Origin: Acidobacteriota bacterium
Lineage (GTDB): Bacteria > Acidobacteriota > Vicinamibacteria > Vicinamibacterales > CAVVIG01
NCBI GenBank assembly: GCA_003222535.1
Contig: QHWJ01000336.1
Coordinates: forward strand, 6,026 to 70,025
DNA length: 64,000 nt
Reading direction: 5' to 3'
Positions 43,319-52,140 of this stretch are shown here, in pieces. Within the stretch, counting starts at the first letter, position 1. The number at the start of each line of letters is the position of its first letter. The notes under the pieces were generated by a model, which did no database searches, had not been told where the DNA came from, and saw only the letters and a list, made by a program, of their open reading frames with translations. The position numbers and the translations under genes were made by a program.

Positions 43319-45172
43319 ATGGATTCGCCGTCGACCGCCGAAGCTCCGGCGGCACCTCATCTTCGGGATCGCTCCCACATTCCCGACCGGTTCAAGTGGG
43401 ATCTGACGGACATTTTTCCGGGTTGGGCGGAGTGGCAGCGGGCCTACGAGGATCTCGAGGTCAAGATCGGCGGGTATGCGGCGCTCCAGGGCACGCTCGC
43501 GAAGGGTCCCGACTCCCTGCTCGCGGCGATGAAGCTGTCGGACGACATCGGTCAGCTCACGTATAAGGTCTGGTATTTTGCGTCGCTCAAACACGACGAG
43601 GATCAGCGCGACAACCAGCTCAACGCGCGGCGCCAGCAGGTCCAGATTCTGTTCGCGAAGACGAGCCAGGCCACCGCCTGGTTCAATCCCGAGTTGCTGA
43701 GCATCCCGCTGCCGGCCGTCGAGCAATGGATGGCGGACAACACCGATCTCGCCCTCTACCGCTTCGCGCTCGAGGACCTCTATCGGCAGCAGGAGCACGT
43801 CCTCGACGAGAAGGGCGAGCACCTGCTGTCGCTGTCGAGCCGCTTTTCGTCTTCGCCGTACGACGCGTACGCCGCGCTTTCCACGGCCGACATCAAGCAC
43901 CCGACGATCAAGCTGTCGACGGGGCCGGAGATCACGCTGACCTACGGGCAGTACCGCGCCATCCTCGCGACCAACCGCAGCCAGAGCGATCGCGCCGCCG
44001 CGTTTCGCGAATACCACAAGCTCTTCGAGGCGAACGTCAACACCTACGCGTCGCTCTACAGCGGAGTCCTGCAGCGTGACTGGTTCCACGCGCAATCGCG
44101 CGGGTACCGGTCCACGCTCGAATCGGCGCTCCACTGCAACAACATCCCGACGGCGGTCGTCGAGAATCTCATCGAGACCACGAAGGGGGGGACCGAGCCG
44201 CTGCGGCGCTATCACCGCCTGCGGAAGCGCGTCCTCGGCCTCGACACCTATCACAGCTACGACACGGTGCTTCCGCTGGTGGACTTCGATCGCAAGTACC
44301 CCTACGACGACGTGCTGGCATGGCTGCCCGCGTCGGTGGGCCCGCTGGGTCCTGGATACCAGCGCCAGCTGCGCGAGGCGCTGGAGAGGCGGTGGATCGA
44401 CGTCTACGAGAACCCGGGCAAGCGAAGCGGCGCGTACTCAGCGCCGGTGTACGGCGTGCACCCGTACATGCTGTTGAATCACAACGACACGCTCGACGCG
44501 GTCTTCACGCTGGCGCACGAGATGGGGCACTCGATGCACACGCTCCTCTCGCACGCGCATCAGCCGTTCGTCTATTCGGCCTACACGATCTTCATCGCGG
44601 AGGTGCCGTCCACGCTCTCCGAGGCGCTGTTCCTCGACTACATGCTGGCGCAGGCGACCGATGAGCGCGAGCGCATCGTGCTCCTCCAGCACGCAATCGA
44701 CGGCATCGTCGGCACGTTCTACACGCAGGTGCTGTTCGCGGACTACGAGCTGCAAGCGCACCGTCTCGTCGAGAACGGGCGCCCGATCACGGCGGAGGGC
44801 CTGGGCGAGATCTACTTCAACCTGCTCCAGACGTACCACGGCGATGCGATGGACGCCGACGATCAGTCGCGCGTCACCTGGGCCCGCATCCCGCATTTCT
44901 ACAGCACGCCGTACTACGTCTATCAGTACGCGACCTGCTTCGCGTCGAGCGCGCAGTTGATGAAACAGCTCACGACCGGATCGGACGCCGAGCGCGCCGC
45001 CGCGATCGATCGGTACCTCACGCTCCTCAAATCCGGCGGCAGCGATCATCCAATGACGCTCTTGCAGCGCGCCGGAGTCGATCTCGGCCAGCCTCAAACC
45101 GTCCGCGCCGTCGTCGATCAGCTCGACCGGCTCGTCACGAAGCTTGAAAAGGCCATCGAGTCGCTCGGGTGA
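43319..45172 (+). CDS. pepF: M3B oligoendopeptidase F
   Basis: 617 aa. Zinc motif LAHEMGHSMH. Confidence 0.9.
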   Translation: MDSPSTAEAPAAPHLRDRSHIPDRFKWDLTDIFPGWAEWQRAYEDLEVKIGGYAALQGTLAKGPDSLLAAMKLSDDIGQLTYKVWYFASLKHDEDQRDNQLNARRQQVQILFAKTSQATAWFNPELLSIPLPAVEQWMADNTDLALYRFALEDLYRQQEHVLDEKGEHLLSLSSRFSSSPYDAYAALSTADIKHPTIKLSTGPEITLTYGQYRAILATNRSQSDRAAAFREYHKLFEANVNTYASLYSGVLQRDWFHAQSRGYRSTLESALHCNNIPTAVVENLIETTKGGTEPLRRYHRLRKRVLGLDTYHSYDTVLPLVDFDRKYPYDDVLAWLPASVGPLGPGYQRQLREALERRWIDVYENPGKRSGAYSAPVYGVHPYMLLNHNDTLDAVFTLAHEMGHSMHTLLSHAHQPFVYSAYTIFIAEVPSTLSEALFLDYMLAQATDERERIVLLQHAIDGIVGTFYTQVLFADYELQAHRLVENGRPITAEGLGEIYFNLLQTYHGDAMDADDQSRVTWARIPHFYSTPYYVYQYATCFASSAQLMKQLTTGSDAERAAAIDRYLTLLKSGGSDHPMTLLQRAGVDLGQPQTVRAVVDQLDRLVTKLEKAIESLG

Positions 45173-45178
45173 CGCACA

Positions 45179-45203
45179 CGCTCGGCTAAAGCCTTCGCGC
45201 TAC
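45179..45203. repeat. REP-like element with CTAC end (GTAG head on the minus strand)
   Basis: CGCTCGGC-TAAA-GCCTTCGCG-CTAC, 7 nt after the pepF stop. Confidence 0.6.
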
Positions 45204-45228
45204 ATCACAACGTTTCAACTACGTTTCC

Positions 45229-45316
45229 CCACCAAAAGCACGAAAGGCACGAAAGGCACGAAAAAGACCGGGATTCTTTTTCGTGTTTTTCGTGGTTCAG
45301 ACTTCAGACTTCAGAC
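45229..45316. repeat. CACGAAA-type hairpin followed by (TTCAGAC)x3
   Basis: GCACGAAAGGCACGAAAGGCACGAAAAAGA - loop - TCTTTTTCGTGTTTTTCGTGG. The heptamer array (45296-45316) contains the TGA of the minus-strand CoA-binding gene. Confidence 0.85.
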
Positions 45317-45748
45317 TTGTTTGTTCTTGGGCGGAATTCGCAGCAGCGAGTGAGTTGCGCCGATGCACGTATCCATCACCACAATCAGCCCGCCCGCCTT
45401 CGCGCGCGCCGCGGCCTCGTCGCTGACGATTCCGTTCTGCAGCCACAGCGCTGTCGCGCCGATCGTGACGGCTTCGTCCGCTATGCCGGGCGTGTCTTCC
45501 GCGCGGCGGAAAACGTCCACGATGTCGATGTGCCCCGGTACGTCGGCGAGTGACGGATACGATCGCTCGCCGAGGATCTCCGTCTCGCGCGGGTTGACCG
45601 GGATGACGCGATAGCCCGCCTTCTGCAGCTTCTGGATGATCCCGTACGACGCTCTGTCGGGATTCGACGAAGCGCCGACGACGGCGATGGTGGTGGCGTT
45701 GGTGAGAAGCTGCGTAAGCTCCTGATCGGATGGATTCTGATGGACCAT
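45311..45748 (-). CDS. CoA-binding domain protein (YccU/YneT-like)
   Basis: IAVVGASSNPDRASYGIIQKLQKAGYRVIPVNP. Confidence 0.85.
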   Translation of the reverse strand: MVHQNPSDQELTQLLTNATTIAVVGASSNPDRASYGIIQKLQKAGYRVIPVNPRETEILGERSYPSLADVPGHIDIVDVFRRAEDTPGIADEAVTIGATALWLQNGIVSDEAAARAKAGGLIVVMDTCIGATHSLLRIPPKNKQV

Positions 45749-45766
45749 CCGCCGAGCTTACTTCGT

Positions 45767-46138
45767 TCACCGGCCGAAGGCGCGCAGCATGAACGCGAGC
45801 AGCGCCGCCGTGGCCGCCACCTGGCTGATCCAGAACAGGAACGACCAGCGCAGCACATCCACGCGCATGTCCCTCATCTCGACGCGTATCTTCGACAAGC
45901 CCTCTGTGAGCGCGACGCGGATGCCTGCGTCCATCGTCGTCATGTCCTGGCGCGGCGGACCGCCCCGTCCGATGTCCGCGCGAAGCTCAGCGGCGACGGC
46001 GATGAGGCGCTGTTCGAATCGCTCGCTGGCCTCAGCGAGCATATCGTTCTGTCCTTCTTCAATCGCGTTGCTCAGGTCTTCGCAGGCTTCAGGTCCCAGC
46101 CGGGTCAGGAGGCGGAGACCGAGAACCGGACTTGCCAT
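45767..46138 (-). CDS. hypothetical coiled-coil protein with a C-terminal TM anchor
   Basis: MASPVLGLRLL...VLRWSFLFWISQVAATAALLAFML. Possibly DUF1640-like; this is a weak assignment. Confidence 0.45.
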   Translation of the reverse strand: MASPVLGLRLLTRLGPEACEDLSNAIEEGQNDMLAEASERFEQRLIAVAAELRADIGRGGPPRQDMTTMDAGIRVALTEGLSKIRVEMRDMRVDVLRWSFLFWISQVAATAALLAFMLRAFGR

Positions 46139-46198
46139 GGCAGCCTCATTTTCGCGGGCTCGACCTCGGGACGACGATGCCACGTCGCCGTCAGCTTG

Positions 46199-47563
46199 TC
46201 AAAGGCTTCTGGCAATCCGGCCGCCTGTTTTGCGGATGAAATAGAGGAGTGCCGCGGCGGCGATCACCAGCCCTTCGACGGTGAACTCCCGTCGTGTGGC
46301 GTTCGACAGCAGCCAGAGGATAACGGCCGCGGCCAGGAGGGGCACGACCGGCCCGGCCGGGATGGAGAAGGGCGTTCCGCTGGAAGCGGTTTCAATTCTC
46401 TCGGACACGCTCCTGGCGCGCACGTCACGGCGCTGCAGCTCGTACGACGCGGTGACACACATCAGGTACAACGTCAGCGCGGCGACGTTCGCGAGGATAG
46501 CGAGCTGCGTGAAGGTGCTGCTCGCCGCGACCGTGGCCACGAGCAAGGCGTAGACGGTGATGGCGCGGTCGGGCGTGTGGAAACGCGGATGGATTCGCGC
46601 CAATCCTGACGGCAGCATGCCGTCACGCGCGAAGGCGAACAGCGCGCGCGGGCTGCCGAGCATGTCGCCCGACACGTACCCGAACATCGAAACGGTCGCG
46701 CCGGCGAGGACGAGCAGGCGGCCGCCCGGCCCCAGCACGCGGCTGGCGGCTTCGGCGAGCGGCGCGGCGGCATAGGTCGCCATCGACCGTCCGAGCAGTC
46801 CCTGCGCCACCCCCTGAATCAACAGATACAACATCGTCGTGATCGCGAGCGCCGAGAAGAGCGCGCGCGGTACAGTCCGCGTCGGGTCGCGGACCTCGCC
46901 GCTCGGGACGAGCGCGATCTCGAGCCCGACGAACGCGAAGATCAGTACGATCGCCGTGCGCCCGACCGCCGGGACACTCGGCATGGCCGGCCAGCGCAAG
47001 TCGTCCGGATTCACGAACCAGATGCCGGCGAGGACGAGCACCAGCAGCGGCAGGAGTTTGGCGAGGGTCACGAGCTCGACGAGCCGGACGCCGATCTTCA
47101 CGCCGCGAACGTTGACGGCGGCGAGCCCGGCAAAGAGCGAGGCGATGACCACCACACGGAAGGTCGTTGTGCCGGCGGCGGGCCACAGCGCGCCGACTGA
47201 GCCGGCAAAGGCGCTCGACACCGACGCGACAGCGAACGTCGCCATGAGGAAATACAGCACGCCGGCGAGGAATCCAACGAACGGCCCGAACGCCACCTCG
47301 ACGTATGCGTACACACCACCGGTCAGCGAGACGCGGCTGCCGGCCGCGGCGAAGCAGCAGACAAGCAGTGCCATGAGCGCCGCGCAGACGATGTAGGCCA
47401 GTGGTGCTGCGGGTCCAAGTCCCGCGGCGGCGGCGGCGGGGAGCACGAAGATGCCGGCGCCGATCGTCACGTTGATGATGCTGGCGGTCAGCTGGCGCGC
47501 GCCGATCGCGCGCACCAGCATGGCTTCGGAGGAGGTCGGCATGCGGCGCGAACTGTACCTCAT
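46199..47563 (-). CDS. APC-family amino acid permease
   Basis: 454 aa, 12 TM-like segments. N-terminal LTASIINVTIGAGIFVLP motif. Confidence 0.85.
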   Translation of the reverse strand: MRYSSRRMPTSSEAMLVRAIGARQLTASIINVTIGAGIFVLPAAAAAGLGPAAPLAYIVCAALMALLVCCFAAAGSRVSLTGGVYAYVEVAFGPFVGFLAGVLYFLMATFAVASVSSAFAGSVGALWPAAGTTTFRVVVIASLFAGLAAVNVRGVKIGVRLVELVTLAKLLPLLVLVLAGIWFVNPDDLRWPAMPSVPAVGRTAIVLIFAFVGLEIALVPSGEVRDPTRTVPRALFSALAITTMLYLLIQGVAQGLLGRSMATYAAAPLAEAASRVLGPGGRLLVLAGATVSMFGYVSGDMLGSPRALFAFARDGMLPSGLARIHPRFHTPDRAITVYALLVATVAASSTFTQLAILANVAALTLYLMCVTASYELQRRDVRARSVSERIETASSGTPFSIPAGPVVPLLAAAVILWLLSNATRREFTVEGLVIAAAALLYFIRKTGGRIARSL

Positions 47564-47578
47564 CTGAAACGACCCGTT

Positions 47579-47626
47579 GGGCCAGCCTTTCAGGCTCGCC
47601 GAGGCGGCCTTAAAGGGTAGCCCTAC
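47579..47626. repeat. two REP-like hairpins
   Basis: GGCCAGCC-TTTCA-GGCTCGCC and GGCGGCC-TTAAA-GGGTAGCC-CTAC. Confidence 0.6.
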
Positions 47627-47724
47627 AACGAGGTTACCCAGCAGCTAATCCGAATTGGGGCACGTGACCGGGCACAACGCTTGCGTAGAGGCTGCGTTGA
47701 TCGCATACCCCCAGGAGCAGTTAC

Positions 47725-48354
47725 ATGCCGCTCGCCTCACTGAAGGATCTCTACTTCGACGAGCTCGCCGACCTCTATGACGCCGAAATGCAGATAATCC
47801 GGACGCTGCCACGACTGGCAGAGGCCGCCCGCGCGCGCGAATTGCGCGAAGCGCTGAAAAAGCACGGCGACCAGTCCCGCCTCCACCTTGAGCGTCTCGA
47901 TCTGATTTTCACGCACTGGGGCGAGCGGCCGCGCTCGCGCCCTTGCGTCGGGCTCGCGGGGATTGTTCAAGAAGCCGACAACCGTCTGAATCAAGAGGCG
48001 ACAGACGACGTGCGAGACGCGGCGATCATCGGAAGCGCGCGGCGAATGGAGCACTACGAGATCGCCGCCTACTCGTGCGCCCGCGGCTATGCCCGCCAGC
48101 TCAACCGCCTCGACGAAGCGCGGCTGTTGCAGGAAACCCTTTCCGAAGAGGGGCGCACCGACCACTGTTTGTCAGACCTCGCCGAAGCGCAGATCAAAGC
48201 CGACGCGCAATCGGAGGCCGACCTGTACGCCCCGCCGCTGGTCGCCGCGTCGAGCGAGCCTGAGATTGTCTCCCGCGGCACGGCGACCGCTTGCGCTGTG
48301 ACGGGTGATTTGGAAGTCTCGGCCGTCAAGCTCTCACCTGTCATCCCCCGCTGA
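47725..48354 (+). CDS. DUF892 / YciE-YciF ferritin-like protein
   Basis: LKDLYFDELADLYDAEMQIIRTLPRLA...MEHYEIAAY. Confidence 0.8.
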   Translation: MPLASLKDLYFDELADLYDAEMQIIRTLPRLAEAARARELREALKKHGDQSRLHLERLDLIFTHWGERPRSRPCVGLAGIVQEADNRLNQEATDDVRDAAIIGSARRMEHYEIAAYSCARGYARQLNRLDEARLLQETLSEEGRTDHCLSDLAEAQIKADAQSEADLYAPPLVAASSEPEIVSRGTATACAVTGDLEVSAVKLSPVIPR

Positions 48355-48415
48355 GTTGGCTTTAGAAGATGTCTAGGGCGCGGGTAGGCTCACCTCGAGC
48401 GGACGTCGGAACGCA

Positions 48416-49771
48416 TCAGGGCAGCGCGTGCACGGCGGCCACTTCGGCGGCGGCCCGACGGCCGCTCTCGACTGCGCCGTTCATGTAGCCCTGCCACTTG
48501 ATGCTCGTGTGCTCGCCGGCGAAGAACAGGCGCCCGAACGGCCTGGCCAGCCACGCCCGGAGCGCCGGATCGAACGCCGGATCGAAATAGGCGTACCCGC
48601 CGCGCGCGTACGGATCCTGTTCCCAGACGATCTGTCTGGACGTGGTGAGCTCGGCGTTGCGCGACCCCAGCCAGTCGAGCGACTCGGTCAGCCCTCGCGC
48701 TCCATGTTTGGCGACGATGGCCTGCGTGGCGTCGCTGGCGCCGCCGCCGGCGAGCAGGCTCAGGATGCCGCCGCGACCGCGCTGCTCCTCGTTGGCGTCC
48801 CAGACGGCGCCGAACGGCAGCGGCGACCCGAACGCGCGCGGCCGGCTCGGCGCGCGCCAGAATCGGCGCGAGAACTGCAGCAGCGTCCTGGTCGCGCGCC
48901 CGTACTTCAGCCGGACGATCGCGTCGTGCTGTTGCGCGGGCAGCGCGGGCGTGATGGGCATCCGTCGCAGCAGCGTGGCCGGCATCGCGAGGATCGCGTA
49001 GTCGCACGTGATCTGGGAGAGCGCGCGGGCGTTCTTCACGCTCACCCTGACCGTGCGCCCTCTGTGCGACAGCGCGACGACGTCGGTGTTGAGGTGGAGG
49101 CGATCCCCGAGCCGCGCGGCCAGCGCAGTCGCCAGGCGCTCGTTGCCGCCCTCGATGCGGTACATGGTCCCGATCGCCGGCGCATCAATCGACGAAAACT
49201 GATCCACGAGCGCGATCAACGAGAGCTCGTCCGGATCCGCGAGAAAAAAGCCGCGCATTCCCGTGGCCGTCGCCCGCAGCTCGGCGTCAGCCTTGATCTG
49301 ATCGAGCCACGCCGCCACCGAGCGGCGCGCCATGTTGGCCGTGATGGGGGAGTCCCAGCGCTGCTCGGCGAGCACGTACGGCGTGGTGAGCGGCTTGAGC
49401 TCCTCGGCGAGGCGATCCCAGCCGCGCACCGAGCTGCGAGGCAGGATGCGCGGGTGACCCGAAGGGTCGGGCCGGACGTACCCGAAGCCGCCGCGAAGAA
49501 TGCGCGTCAGCTTCAGCCCGACCTGTTGGGCGAGCTCGCGGATCTGGACCTGTTCCTCGTCGATCATGTCGCCGCCGGCCTCGGCGTGCTGCCCCTCGGC
49601 GAACCCGTCGTGAATCGTCCAGACGCGGCCGCCCACACGGTCGCGCACGTCCACGACGGTGACGCCGGCGCCCATGGCGACGAGATCGTATGCCGCCGCG
49701 AGCCCTGCGAGACCCGCGCCCGCGACCAGGACCGAGACGCCATTCAACGCCGTGCCGTCCACGCACAACAC
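48416..49771 (-). CDS. flavin-containing amine oxidase family protein
   Basis: VLVAGAGLAGLAAAYDL dinucleotide-binding motif and RVGGRVWT. C-terminal FAGEHT. Confidence 0.85.
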   Translation of the reverse strand: MLCVDGTALNGVSVLVAGAGLAGLAAAYDLVAMGAGVTVVDVRDRVGGRVWTIHDGFAEGQHAEAGGDMIDEEQVQIRELAQQVGLKLTRILRGGFGYVRPDPSGHPRILPRSSVRGWDRLAEELKPLTTPYVLAEQRWDSPITANMARRSVAAWLDQIKADAELRATATGMRGFFLADPDELSLIALVDQFSSIDAPAIGTMYRIEGGNERLATALAARLGDRLHLNTDVVALSHRGRTVRVSVKNARALSQITCDYAILAMPATLLRRMPITPALPAQQHDAIVRLKYGRATRTLLQFSRRFWRAPSRPRAFGSPLPFGAVWDANEEQRGRGGILSLLAGGGASDATQAIVAKHGARGLTESLDWLGSRNAELTTSRQIVWEQDPYARGGYAYFDPAFDPALRAWLARPFGRLFFAGEHTSIKWQGYMNGAVESGRRAAAEVAAVHALP

Positions 49772-49805
49772 TCTAAATGGAAACGCGCGCCCGTTGCGCT
49801 AAACT

Positions 49806-50654
49806 TTGGCGATGGTTACACTGCTGGCCCTGCTTGCCCTCGCCTACGCGCATCCCGAGCAGCTCGTCGAGACCGGCTGGGTGGCCGCTCACGCCGGCGA
49901 CGCCAACGTCCGGATCGTGGACATGCGTCAGAACGGGTTTGCCGCCGGCCACGTGCCGGGCGCCGTCTACGTCTCGCCGGTCGCCATTCGCGATGCGAAG
50001 AGCCCGCCGGCGTTCCTGCCCACGCCCGCCGCGTTCGAGGAGCTGATGGCGACGCTCGGCATCTCGGACACGACGCGGGTCGTCGTGTACGACGAGCGCG
50101 GCGGCATCTATGCCGCGCGTCTGTGGTGGATCCTCAACTACTTCGGCCACTCGAACGTCGCGCTGATGAACGGCGGGTGGGTCAAATGGGCAGCGGAGCA
50201 TCGGCCGGCCCCGACCGACACGCCGGCCGCCCGCAACGCCCGCTTCACCGCCAGGCCGCAGCCTCGGTGGATCGCCACCGCCGGCGATGTCGTCGGCGCG
50301 ATCGGCAAGCCGGGCGTGAAGATCGTCGACGCGCGGACAGCGTCGGAAATCGAAGGCAAGGATCTGCGCAACATCAAGCGCGGCGGCTTCATCCCTTCGT
50401 CGATCCCGGTGTACTGGGAGGACCTGCTGGATCATGAGCAGCGGACGTTCAGGCCGGCGGACGAGCTCAAGAAGATCTACGAGGACCGCGGGATCGTGCC
50501 GTCGCAGGAAGTGATCGCCTACTGCCAGGTCGGCATGCGCGCGTCGGTCGATCTCTTCGCGCTGCATCTGATCGGCTACGACAAGCTGCGCAATTACTAC
50601 GGCGCCTGGGAGGAGTGGGGTAATCGCGACGACCTGCCGATCGCGAGAAAGTGA
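49806..50654 (+). CDS. rhodanese-domain sulfurtransferase (thiosulfate/3-mercaptopyruvate type)
   Basis: Two rhodanese domains. Active-site loop YCQVGMRAS. Confidence 0.85.
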   Translation: MAMVTLLALLALAYAHPEQLVETGWVAAHAGDANVRIVDMRQNGFAAGHVPGAVYVSPVAIRDAKSPPAFLPTPAAFEELMATLGISDTTRVVVYDERGGIYAARLWWILNYFGHSNVALMNGGWVKWAAEHRPAPTDTPAARNARFTARPQPRWIATAGDVVGAIGKPGVKIVDARTASEIEGKDLRNIKRGGFIPSSIPVYWEDLLDHEQRTFRPADELKKIYEDRGIVPSQEVIAYCQVGMRASVDLFALHLIGYDKLRNYYGAWEEWGNRDDLPIARK

Positions 50655-50667
50655 TCGCCATGCCGCC

Positions 50668-50877
50668 GCCTACCCGGAGCGGGAGCCTTTCCGGCGAGCG
50701 AGGCCGCCTGTCCGGAGCGCGAGCCTTTCAGGCGAGCGATTGCGATCAGTTGAGTTACAGTAGCCGGAACTGACGCGCACGGGAGCGCGAAGGCTGCAGA
50801 GCGTGTGAAGAATCGCTTACTGGTAGTGTCCGGCTTCAGCCGGACCCGACCAAGTCCGCCTAAAGGCGGACACTACC
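50668..50877. repeat. REP-like cluster: two CCGGAGCG(C/G)GAGCCTTTC(A/C)GGCGAGCG units and a GTAG...CTAC hairpin doublet
   Basis: 50668-50740 holds the tandem units. At 50822-50877: GTAG-TGTCCGGC-TTCA-GCCGGAC ... GTCCGCC-TAAA-GGCGGAC-ACTAC. Confidence 0.7.
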
Positions 50878-50936
50878 GAGGTTTTTCACGGGCTCTTCAG
50901 CCGGCGGGAGAACTCGTGGACATTCCTGGAGGACGT

Positions 50937-51914
50937 ATGAAGAAGACGCTGGCCATCTTCGCCGGCTTGACGCTGTGTTCGACGATGGCGTCGGCACAAG
51001 TGCAGAGGCCGGTGAACGTCAAAGAGATCGTCGAGCTCGAGCTGCTCACACACACCGAGGTCTCCGAGAAGATCCACAAGGAGGGCAAGACGTCGGTGCT
51101 CCTCGTGACGGGCGGCACCGAGGAGCGCGGGCCGCACGCGGTGCTTGGCGGCCACACCATCATGGCGCGGCACCGCGCGATTGAAATCGCGAAGCGGCTG
51201 GGCAACGCGCTCGTCGCCCCGACCATGCCGATCGCCGTGGCGGCGACAGGACTGCGCGAGAACACCGATCAGCCGGGCGCGATCCAGATGCCCCCGGACG
51301 TGTTCAAGGGTGTTCAGGCGGCCATGATCGAGAGCATGGCGATGAACGGCTTCAAGGACATCTTCGTGATGGGCGATCACGGCGGCGGCCAGCCGCAAAT
51401 CAAGGAAGCGGCCGAGGAACAGGACAAGAAGCTGTCGGCAAAGGGCGTCCGCGTCTACTACATTGGCGACTTCTATCAGAAGACGCACGACGATGTGGAC
51501 CTGTACATGTACGAGCACAAGCTTCCGATCGCCGGCCACGGCGCCATGATGGAAACGTCCGAAATGTTGTACGAGGAGCCGGTGCCGGGCCTGTATATCC
51601 GCCCGATCTACAAGACGGTGGCGTTCGATCCCACTGGCCAGACGCCGGAGCAGTGGAAAGCGGCCCGGGACGCGCGCATCGCGCGGCAGACGGCGGCTGC
51701 GGCAGGGGGTGGAGCAGCGGCGCAGCCGGCCGGCGGCCGGGGACAGCGCGGTCCGGATCCGAACGCCCCGCCGCGCGTGAACAACGGGATCACCGGCGAT
51801 CCGCGTCCCGCCACGAAAGAGATCGGCAAGGTCGTCTTCGAGATCGGCGTCAACAACACCATCGCCGAGATCAAGAAGCAGATGGCGGAACGACGCGGGG
51901 GGACTCAAAACTAG
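50937..51914 (+). CDS. creatininase-family protein (divergent, secreted)
   Basis: Signal peptide [38 protein letters not shown] and MGDHGGG resemble the creatininase metal-site motifs. GGAGGA ribosome-binding site upstream. Confidence 0.55.
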   Translation: MKKTLAIFAGLTLCSTMASAQVQRPVNVKEIVELELLTHTEVSEKIHKEGKTSVLLVTGGTEERGPHAVLGGHTIMARHRAIEIAKRLGNALVAPTMPIAVAATGLRENTDQPGAIQMPPDVFKGVQAAMIESMAMNGFKDIFVMGDHGGGQPQIKEAAEEQDKKLSAKGVRVYYIGDFYQKTHDDVDLYMYEHKLPIAGHGAMMETSEMLYEEPVPGLYIRPIYKTVAFDPTGQTPEQWKAARDARIARQTAAAAGGGAAAQPAGGRGQRGPDPNAPPRVNNGITGDPRPATKEIGKVVFEIGVNNTIAEIKKQMAERRGGTQN

Positions 51915-51934
51915 TGTTACGGGACACTAGGGTT

Positions 51935-52120
51935 CAGCGCGATCGCCGCCGCGGGCTGAGCGATTTCGGCACGATCGAAGCCGGCAAGCTCGCCGATCTG
52001 CTGATCTTGACAGCCGATCCGTTGGCCGACATCAGCAGTCTCCGTGAGATCGTCGCGGTCTTGAAAGAGGGTCGCGTGGTGGATTGCGAGGGGTTACCGA
52101 TCGATCAGCCTTTTGCCTGA
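51935..52120 (+). pseudogene. 3' remnant (~60 aa) of an amidohydrolase-family gene
   Basis: GLSDFGTIEAGKLADLLILTADPLADISSLREIVAVLKEGRVV is the typical amidohydrolase C-terminus. No upstream catalytic part or start codon is present. Confidence 0.55.
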
Positions 52121-52140
52121 TCGTCGGCTAGAGTACCCGC

